Assembly (NCBI GenBank): GCA_965216635.1
Contig: OZ244188.1
Location: 1,152,001-1,216,000, forward strand
Direction: 5' to 3'
Source of the DNA: a bacterium
Lineage (GTDB): Bacteria > SAR324 > XYD2-FULL-50-16 > G965216635
DNA length: 64,000 bases
This document shows positions 57,542 to 64,000 of the stretch, piece by piece. Within the stretch, counting starts at the first letter, position 1. Each line of letters opens with the position of its first letter. The notes below the pieces were generated by a model. The model made no database searches, was not told the DNA's origin, and saw only the letters and a list, made by a program, of their open reading frames with translations. The position numbers and the translations under genes were made by a program.

Positions 57542-58954
57542 ATGAAAATTCAAAATATTGATACAAGTCTTTATAACGAAGACTTGGCACCTACTAGTCC
57601 AGAAAAAAGGACTTGGGGTTGGTTTGAGATATTCAATGTCTGGTCTAATGATATTCAAAGTCTTTTTGGATATACCTTGGCAGCATCATTGTTTTTAGCT
57701 TATGGATTGAACGGATGGGCAGTTTTTGCTGCCATTATTATAGCTGGTTTCTTTGTAATGTGGTTGGTCAATCTATCCGGCAGACCAAGTGTGAAATATG
57801 GAATTCCTTATCCCGTTTTTGCCCGTGCAAGTATGGGAGTTAGAGGAGCTAATTTTCCAGCGATGATACGAGCTGTTGTAGCTGTTTTTTGGTATGGAGC
57901 TCAGACTTATTTTGCTTCAACTGCAATAGATTTGTTGATCAGAGCTGTTTTTGGTGGAAGCACAGAGCCAGTATTTTTAGGGTTGAGTGCAACAGGATGC
58001 ATAGCTTTCTTATTGGTTTGGCTATTTCAAATCTATCTGTTTTGGAATGGTGTAGAATGGATTAAGAAATTCCTTAATTTTGCGGGGCCTGCAGTCTACG
58101 TAGTTATGATTGCTTTACTCGTCTTTGTCTGGGTAAAATCAGAAGGAAATTTATTATCAGAAGTGGGTAGCATTTTTAGAGGATCAGGTAACTATGATGG
58201 AGGTTCTTTTGCAGCTTTTGTCGCTATTTTAGGCACTATGATTGCCTATTTTGCGGCTGTTGTTATTAACTTTGGTGATTTTTCTAGATTTGTTAAAAAT
58301 GAACAACAGATGAAAAAAGGTAATCTACTAGGACTTCCTTTAAATATTGCAATATTTTCTTTTATTGCTTTGTTTTTAACAGCAGGGACTGTAGTTCTTT
58401 TTGGCGAACAAATTACCAATCCATCAGACATTGTTGCTAAGGTAGATAATATAGTTCTAACAATCGTCGCAGCATTGACTTTCTTTGCTGCTACTGTAGG
58501 GATTAATCTGGTAGCAAACTTTATCCCACCAGCGTACGATTTAGCGAATTTAATGCCAAGTAAAATCAATTTTAGAGTAGGTGGTATGATTGCTTCTATT
58601 GCAGCGCTCATTATTGGTGGCTTATGGGTAGCTGTGATTAGCAAAATTGGTATATTTAATTTTGTGAATACCTTAGGGGCAATTCTAGCTCCTGCTTATG
58701 GTATTATGATTGTTGACTACTATAAGCTAAAAAACCAGAATTTGGATATACAACAGTTATTTTCTGGTGATAAAAATGGTGCTTACTACTACAATGGCGG
58801 TTGGAACATAAGAGCTATTGTTACTTTTGTTGTCGCTGGTATATTTTCTGTAGCTTCTGTATGGGCTCCACAGCTTAGCTCCCTTTCTGGGTTTGCGTGG
58901 GTTATTGGGGCGGTCTTAGGTGCTGCTATATATTTTGTGATGGCTAAAAGATAG
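57542..58954 (+). CDS. NCS1 nucleobase:cation symporter
   Basis: LYNEDLAP, YGIPYPV.ARAS.G..GA..PA..R, NFGDFSR, N.VANF..PA.D. Confidence 0.93.
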   Translation: MKIQNIDTSLYNEDLAPTSPEKRTWGWFEIFNVWSNDIQSLFGYTLAASLFLAYGLNGWAVFAAIIIAGFFVMWLVNLSGRPSVKYGIPYPVFARASMGVRGANFPAMIRAVVAVFWYGAQTYFASTAIDLLIRAVFGGSTEPVFLGLSATGCIAFLLVWLFQIYLFWNGVEWIKKFLNFAGPAVYVVMIALLVFVWVKSEGNLLSEVGSIFRGSGNYDGGSFAAFVAILGTMIAYFAAVVINFGDFSRFVKNEQQMKKGNLLGLPLNIAIFSFIALFLTAGTVVLFGEQITNPSDIVAKVDNIVLTIVAALTFFAATVGINLVANFIPPAYDLANLMPSKINFRVGGMIASIAALIIGGLWVAVISKIGIFNFVNTLGAILAPAYGIMIVDYYKLKNQNLDIQQLFSGDKNGAYYYNGGWNIRAIVTFVVAGIFSVASVWAPQLSSLSGFAWVIGAVLGAAIYFVMAKR

Positions 58955-58968
58955 TCTCCAAAAAAAAA

Positions 58969-58996
58969 GCAGGTTGTTCTATCTAGAACAACCTGC
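58969..58996. terminator. bidirectional terminator between NCS1 and BCCT genes
   Basis: GCAGGTTGTTCTA/TAGAACAACCTGC flanked by A and T runs. Confidence 0.85.
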
Positions 58997-59031
58997 CCTT
59001 TTTCTTTAAGTTGGTAAAAACTAACCAAAGT

Positions 59032-60564
59032 TTATCCCATAGCCATCTTTTCTTGGCACAATCCCTTGTGTAAGGAAACAACCATTAACAGCAGGATAAT
59101 CGCAAATGGAAAACCAGCTGCAATAGAACTTGATCGTAACGCTCCTAATCCTCCACTAACCAAAAGCACTGCAGCTACTACACCTTCCGCACTAGCCCAA
59201 AATACTTTTTGAATAACTGGTGGATGAAGATTTCCGCCTGAAGTAATGGTATCTACTACCAAAGAACCAGAATCCGAAGAAGTTACAAAAAAGGTAACAA
59301 TGACAATCACCATCAAAAATGAAGTGATTTCAGCAAATGGAAGTGTAGATAACAATTCAAACATAGCTGTAGCTACATTATTTTTTACTGCATCTATAAT
59401 TCCTCCTCCGCTATGAAGCTCTGTGTATAAAGCTGTTCCTCCGAAAACGGTCAACCAAATAGAACTTACAAAAGTAGGCACAAATAAAACTCCACCTACA
59501 AATTGACGAATCGTTCTACCTTTGGAAATACGAGCAATAAACATCCCTACAAATGGAGACCAGGCTATCCACCAAGCCCAATAAAAAACAGTCCATTCGT
59601 GTTGCCAACCTGCTTCTACAGGTCCATAGGATTCTGTCCAAGTAGATAAAGCAATAAGATTCGTCAAATAAGTACCTATATTTTGACCTAAAGAATCAAC
59701 TAAGAATAGAGTAGGCCCAACTATAAACACAAAAACTACAAGCATAAGTGCTAAATAGACATTGAATTGACTGAGCAGTTTCACCCCCTTTTTAAGTCCA
59801 GTAACTACAGAGATTATGGCAATACCAGTGATAATGGCTATTAAGATAACCTGTACTGCCACACTACTCTCAGCTATGCCAAAAAGCTTTGTTAAGCCCG
59901 CATTGACTTGTTGTGCTCCTAATCCTAATGAAGTAGCTAATCCAAAAATAGTGGCAAAAACCGCTATAATATCAATTAGATGTCCCCAAAATCCGTAAAT
60001 TTTATCTCCAATTAGTGGATAAAAAGCAGATCTTGGAGTTAGAGGCAAACCTTTATTGAAGCAAAAGAAAGCTAATGCTAAACCAATAATAGCGTAAATT
60101 GCCCAAGCGTGAAAACCCCAGTGAAAAATAGTCACTGCCATCGCTACTTGTGCTGAGGCTCCTGTACTTCCTTCCACACCAAAAAGGCTAGGAGGTCCAA
60201 TAAAATGCCACATAGGCTCTCCTACACTCCAAAACACAAGACCTATTCCCATACCAGCACTAAATAACATCGCAAACCAAGCTGTAGTGGAAAATTCAGG
60301 TTCCGCATTCTTTCCGCCAAGGCGGATAGAACCGAATTTACTGAAGAACAGATAACCTGTATATACCAAGAAGATATTCGCGGCGGCTATAAAAAACCAG
60401 CCCATTCCAGCTGATAAACTGCTTAGAATACCTCCAGAAACACCAGCAAGACTTTTATTTGCTATAACACCCCAAAGGACAAAAGCAGTAGTTACTACTG
60501 CCGACACCCAAAAAACAGTGGGTTGTATAGACAATCCACCTGATTTTGTTGTTTTTAGTTCCAT
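59032..60564 (-). CDS. BCCT family (betaine/choline/carnitine) transporter
   Basis: WFAMLFSAGMGIGL.FW, WTVFYWAWWIAWSPFVGMFIARIS.GRT, FFVTSSDSG. Confidence 0.96.
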   Translation of the reverse strand: MELKTTKSGGLSIQPTVFWVSAVVTTAFVLWGVIANKSLAGVSGGILSSLSAGMGWFFIAAANIFLVYTGYLFFSKFGSIRLGGKNAEPEFSTTAWFAMLFSAGMGIGLVFWSVGEPMWHFIGPPSLFGVEGSTGASAQVAMAVTIFHWGFHAWAIYAIIGLALAFFCFNKGLPLTPRSAFYPLIGDKIYGFWGHLIDIIAVFATIFGLATSLGLGAQQVNAGLTKLFGIAESSVAVQVILIAIITGIAIISVVTGLKKGVKLLSQFNVYLALMLVVFVFIVGPTLFLVDSLGQNIGTYLTNLIALSTWTESYGPVEAGWQHEWTVFYWAWWIAWSPFVGMFIARISKGRTIRQFVGGVLFVPTFVSSIWLTVFGGTALYTELHSGGGIIDAVKNNVATAMFELLSTLPFAEITSFLMVIVIVTFFVTSSDSGSLVVDTITSGGNLHPPVIQKVFWASAEGVVAAVLLVSGGLGALRSSSIAAGFPFAIILLLMVVSLHKGLCQEKMAMG

Positions 60565-60897
60565 AATTCATTTTTTTTTTAATTAAAATAAAAGAAACTT
60601 AAATAAAGTTTCTAAAAAACAGAGTCACTATATACTAAATTCTTTAAAAAAGCAAATTTAGGTGAAAAAAGTTCGCATTTTTGACTAAATCTCTTAAATT
60701 TCCAAAACTTTGCTAAAGATAAAGTGTATTTTTGGAATAAAAAATTTTATTTTGAACTTTAAATTAGTGTTTTGTTTGGCAATACGCAGTGTTTTCAAAA
60801 AATTTTTATTTTACTTTTTTACTTTTTTAAGCTACTGTTTTATAACCAAAAAGGTTGTATTAGCCTTTAAACTATAAAAAATCCTAAAGAAATAATT

Positions 60898-61485
60898 ATG
60901 AAAAAAAACAAACAGCAAGAAAGATTTAATCAAAAAAACAACCCTTTTAGTTCACCAAAAGCATGTTCTGATTGCCATCAAAGAGTTGCGATTGGTGAGA
61001 AATTTAAAAAGAGAAATATTTTTTTACTCATACTAGGAATCCCTCTTATCTACATCCCTTTCTTCTTAGGTTCGTGGATTGCTTTATACTTTATTGGAAT
61101 AACTTGCTACGGCCACTTGAAATTAATGGGAGCTAGCAACAGTCTTAAGAAACTGAAAGATTTTATGCCAGACTCTCAGTCTCATCGTTATAGCTACAAA
61201 ACACAAATCACCACAGGAGTTTGGTGTTCTTTGAAACGTTCTAAATTATTTTGGCTATTCAATTGCACTTGGTATTGCCCTATAAGTGTTGCCTTATTAG
61301 AATGGTGTAGTTATCTAGTAAAAGTTGTAGAAGTATGGTGGTGTCCATTCCATCACAGTAAAAAAGAAACTTATGTTCCTATTTCTCAATCATTTTGGCA
61401 TTTGAATAAAAAAAATACAGACAAGATGCATCCAGAAGATAGAAATAATCCTATATTTGTAGATACAACAAAAGAGTTAGAGTAA
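60898..61485 (+). CDS. hypothetical Cys/Trp/His-rich membrane protein
   Basis: C..C, two TM segments, FNCTWYCP.SV, WWCPFHH, SFWH. Confidence 0.7.
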   Translation: MKKNKQQERFNQKNNPFSSPKACSDCHQRVAIGEKFKKRNIFLLILGIPLIYIPFFLGSWIALYFIGITCYGHLKLMGASNSLKKLKDFMPDSQSHRYSYKTQITTGVWCSLKRSKLFWLFNCTWYCPISVALLEWCSYLVKVVEVWWCPFHHSKKETYVPISQSFWHLNKKNTDKMHPEDRNNPIFVDTTKELE

Positions 61486-61552
61486 ACCTTTTGAATCAGT
61501 TTATTCCATTCAAAGCCATTGCATTGGTACTATGTGATGGTAGGCAATAGTC

Positions 61553-61831
61553 TCACTTTTCTAAAATAGCAGTCAATCTTGCTTTTTCTCTGCGGGCTCT
61601 TTCTTGGATTCTTTCATTAGCGGGGTGAAAGTGAATTTTATCAAAGCTGATTTTTTTTTCGTGCAGACGGAAAAGTAGCTCGTTCATAAAAGACTGTGCA
61701 ATAATCCTCATATCTTTACATTCAATAGTTATTTCTGTATCCGATGACGTAATTTCTTTAGCAACCAATTCTTCTGCTAGACTACGGCCTGATAAAAATC
61801 TACCAATTTTGTGTAACTGTAAAGTTTTCAT
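61553..61831 (-). CDS. STAS-like (DUF4325-like) protein
   Basis: L.GR..A, I.I....M.IIAQSFMNEL; ATG at 61831. Confidence 0.6.
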   Translation of the reverse strand: MKTLQLHKIGRFLSGRSLAEELVAKEITSSDTEITIECKDMRIIAQSFMNELLFRLHEKKISFDKIHFHPANERIQERARREKARLTAILEK

Positions 61832-61894
61832 TTTTTGATATTTCAAATAATTATTTCTTTTATCTATATTTTTTAAAAATCCTTTTGTCAAATT

Positions 61895-62692
61895 CTAAAA
61901 AACTATTTTTACCAAAGAGCCTAAAAAATTATAGCTTAGAGGGTAGGTTTTTACTCCTGTTTTTGTGACTTCTAGCCTTGTATCTCCACTGATAATTTTC
62001 AAACTTCTGCCTCCTTGAATATACTCCACAACAGTCGCAATTCCCAAACCTCTTCTATTTTCTCCATTTCCGTTCAGACAGCTTTCTAATTCTTTGATAG
62101 AATCTTTGAGTATTTGTTCGTTATTTCTTCCTTTTAGTTGCCCTGTCCTTTGGTAAGAAGTGTAAAAACCTTCTCCCAAATCACAAACAGCCACAATTAT
62201 TTTTTCTTGTAAAATCTGTGCGTGAACATAACCTTTTCCTGTATTTTCTTTTTTCCCAGAATGAAAATAAATATTGTCTGCTATTTCTCCTATAGAATCA
62301 GAAATATCTGTAATGATATTCCAAGGGCAGTCAGAAAAAAAAAGACTACAATACTCTTCTAGCTGAAAGTTATGATCGTTTTCTACAAAATAAAGCGGAA
62401 AAAATTTCTCACTATGCTCTGCTGCATATTTTTCTGCTATATCTCCAAAAAGTCCCATTCTCTCCGCATAACTTTTAGCACCTGGATTTTCTGGGGGCAT
62501 GATTTTTACTTGCACTTCATTTTCATTACAAAGCATAAAAAAGCACTTCAGCAAAACCAAATCTGCACTATACAAAAAATTTATTTGACTCAAATTCAAA
62601 GTCAATGCTTTTAAACTTCCTTCTTTGATTTCTTTTGTTGCCTTTGCAATAGAACTATAATCACCAGAATTATACTCTAGTATTTTTTTCAT
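61895..62692 (-). CDS. STAS-like + GHKL/HATPase ATP-binding protein
   Basis: L.LSQI.FL N-terminus; EIADNIYFHS (N box), VCDLGEG (G1), RGLGI (G2), ISG, GS.V.I. Confidence 0.8.
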   Translation of the reverse strand: MKKILEYNSGDYSSIAKATKEIKEGSLKALTLNLSQINFLYSADLVLLKCFFMLCNENEVQVKIMPPENPGAKSYAERMGLFGDIAEKYAAEHSEKFFPLYFVENDHNFQLEEYCSLFFSDCPWNIITDISDSIGEIADNIYFHSGKKENTGKGYVHAQILQEKIIVAVCDLGEGFYTSYQRTGQLKGRNNEQILKDSIKELESCLNGNGENRRGLGIATVVEYIQGGRSLKIISGDTRLEVTKTGVKTYPLSYNFLGSLVKIVF

Positions 62693-63459
62693 GGTCTATA
62701 ATATCTTTCTAGTCTTTTGTTAGCGATATTTGTATAGTCTGCAGAAATTTCTGAGCCAACCCAATTTCTTTCTAAAAGCGAGGATACCTTAGCGGTAGTG
62801 CCACTACCCATAAAAGGATCATAAACTAAATCTCCTTCTGCAGACCAAGTTTTAATTTGGTCTCTTGCTAGTTGTTCGGGAAATATAGCAGGATGCTCGT
62901 AAGCAATTTTATCTTTTGTAGAAATTCCTCCACCTACAGAGTAAAAAAACACATTGCCAACTTTTTTTTGTTTTGTTCTTTCTATTTTTTTGTAGTTAAG
63001 GTTGCCTTCTTTACCTCTATTTTTCATATTAGCCAATCCATTGTATTTGGTGTTTTCTACAATAGGATTGAAGGTTTTAGGGCTTCCTTTAGAAAAAGCG
63101 AACATATACTCAAAATGCTGGTGATACCTATGCCCAGCAGTTGGCATAGGGTTGTTTTTGTAGTAAATCATCGTATCGTGGATATTAAAGCCTGCTTGTT
63201 GAAAAAATAAAGCTTGTTTGAAAGAAGTGCCCGATTCACTGCCGTTATCCGTTTTGTCTCCTACGACCCAAATTACAACGCCTCCTTTTTTTAGAATGCG
63301 AAATAATTCTTTAACAATAGTTTCAAAAGCCAATTTATAGCCGTTGTAATTTCTTAAATCATCGTAAGGCGGAGAAGTCAGAACTAAATCTACAAAATTG
63401 TCTGGCATCTTTTTCATAGTCACCAGACAATCTTCGTTGTAGATTCTTGTAATCTCCAT
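62689..63459 (-). CDS. N4-cytosine/N6-adenine DNA methyltransferase (beta class)
   Basis: TSPPY precedes HPA.FP and DPFMGSGTT. Confidence 0.93.
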   Translation of the reverse strand: MEITRIYNEDCLVTMKKMPDNFVDLVLTSPPYDDLRNYNGYKLAFETIVKELFRILKKGGVVIWVVGDKTDNGSESGTSFKQALFFQQAGFNIHDTMIYYKNNPMPTAGHRYHQHFEYMFAFSKGSPKTFNPIVENTKYNGLANMKNRGKEGNLNYKKIERTKQKKVGNVFFYSVGGGISTKDKIAYEHPAIFPEQLARDQIKTWSAEGDLVYDPFMGSGTTAKVSSLLERNWVGSEISADYTNIANKRLERYYRP

Positions 63460-63487
63460 TTTTTTGAGAGTAAATGCAGCCTATCAA

Positions 63488-64000
63488 TTAGGATTTGATT
63501 TTCTCCATTTTAGGATCATAAAGCGGAGACAAGGTAGGAGTAGCCTTAAAATCTTCGTTCAAAATATTGATTTTATAATCTGCGTTCATTACATACTCTT
63601 TGTTCACCATTCCATTATTGTTGTGTATATAACCCAATCCGATGGATTTTTTGAGCAGCGGAGAATACTGTCCTGAAGTCATGTGACCTACTTTTTCACC
63701 GTTTCTGTAAATCGGTTCGTAGTGATAAAGTAAGGCATTCGGGTCTTCAATTTGAAAGGTTATCAAACGACGCGTTACTCCTTCTGTTTTTTGGCGAGTA
63801 AGTTTTTCTTTGCCCAAAAAATCTATTTCTTTTTTTGTATGCACACAAAAACCAACCCCAGCTTCTACGGGAGTCTCTCCAGCACTTACATCGTGCCCCC
63901 AATGAATATAGCTTTTTTCCAACCGTAAGGAATTCATTGCGTGATAACCTGCAGAAGTTAAACCCAAAGATTTTCCTTCTTTAATCAGAGTATCAAAAGC
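63488..64000 (-). CDS. GcvT-family protein C-terminus (dimethylglycine/sarcosine dehydrogenase-like), partial
   Basis: G..AMNSLRLEK.Y..WGHD, EPI.RNG..VG..TSG.YS, LYDP. Confidence 0.88.
   Translation of the reverse strand, partial: AFDTLIKEGKSLGLTSAGYHAMNSLRLEKSYIHWGHDVSAGETPVEAGVGFCVHTKKEIDFLGKEKLTRQKTEGVTRRLITFQIEDPNALLYHYEPIYRNGEKVGHMTSGQYSPLLKKSIGLGYIHNNNGMVNKEYVMNADYKINILNEDFKATPTLSPLYDPKMEKIKS

Noticed and set aside
62689..63459. Complete type II restriction-modification system
   Set aside because: Neighbours are a HATPase/STAS pair and a GcvT-family gene; no recognisable nuclease

Overview
AT-rich bacterial chromosomal window, probably from a marine, possibly host-associated bacterium (inferred only from gene content; taxonomy not established). 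Housekeeping and metabolic genes include aceA, queH, accA, dapD, efp, rlpA, cmk, ispH and hisD. There is also a polyamine uptake/catabolism cluster (potFGHI, GATase, agmatinase-type hydrolase, partial aphA), a TmoXWV/Tdm-like methylamine-oxide cluster with a cysteate/D-cysteine lyase, and SSS, NCS1 and BCCT transporters. Three features stand out. (1) A cassette array at about 39-46 kb alternates outer-membrane beta-barrel paralogs carrying hypervariable Cys-paired loop domains (a third paralog is at 9.4 kb) with Bdr/DUF1640-like coiled-coil proteins of variable repeat number. Each gene has its own copy of a sigma70 promoter module, and REP-like inverted repeats lie between genes. (2) About 20 copies of a modular, nested, non-autonomous palindromic element, ends (T/G)AGACCTTTGAATT...AATTCAAAGGTCT(A/C). 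Several have 5-bp target-site duplications, several sit between promoter and start codon, and two supply stop codons. (3) Small defence-like cassettes inserted without an integrase: ATPase+TOPRIM-like pairs (one intact, one decayed) and an MTase+STAS/HATPase+STAS triad. No CRISPR array, rRNA, tRNA, transposase or reverse transcriptase was seen. All family assignments come from motif recognition, not database searches.
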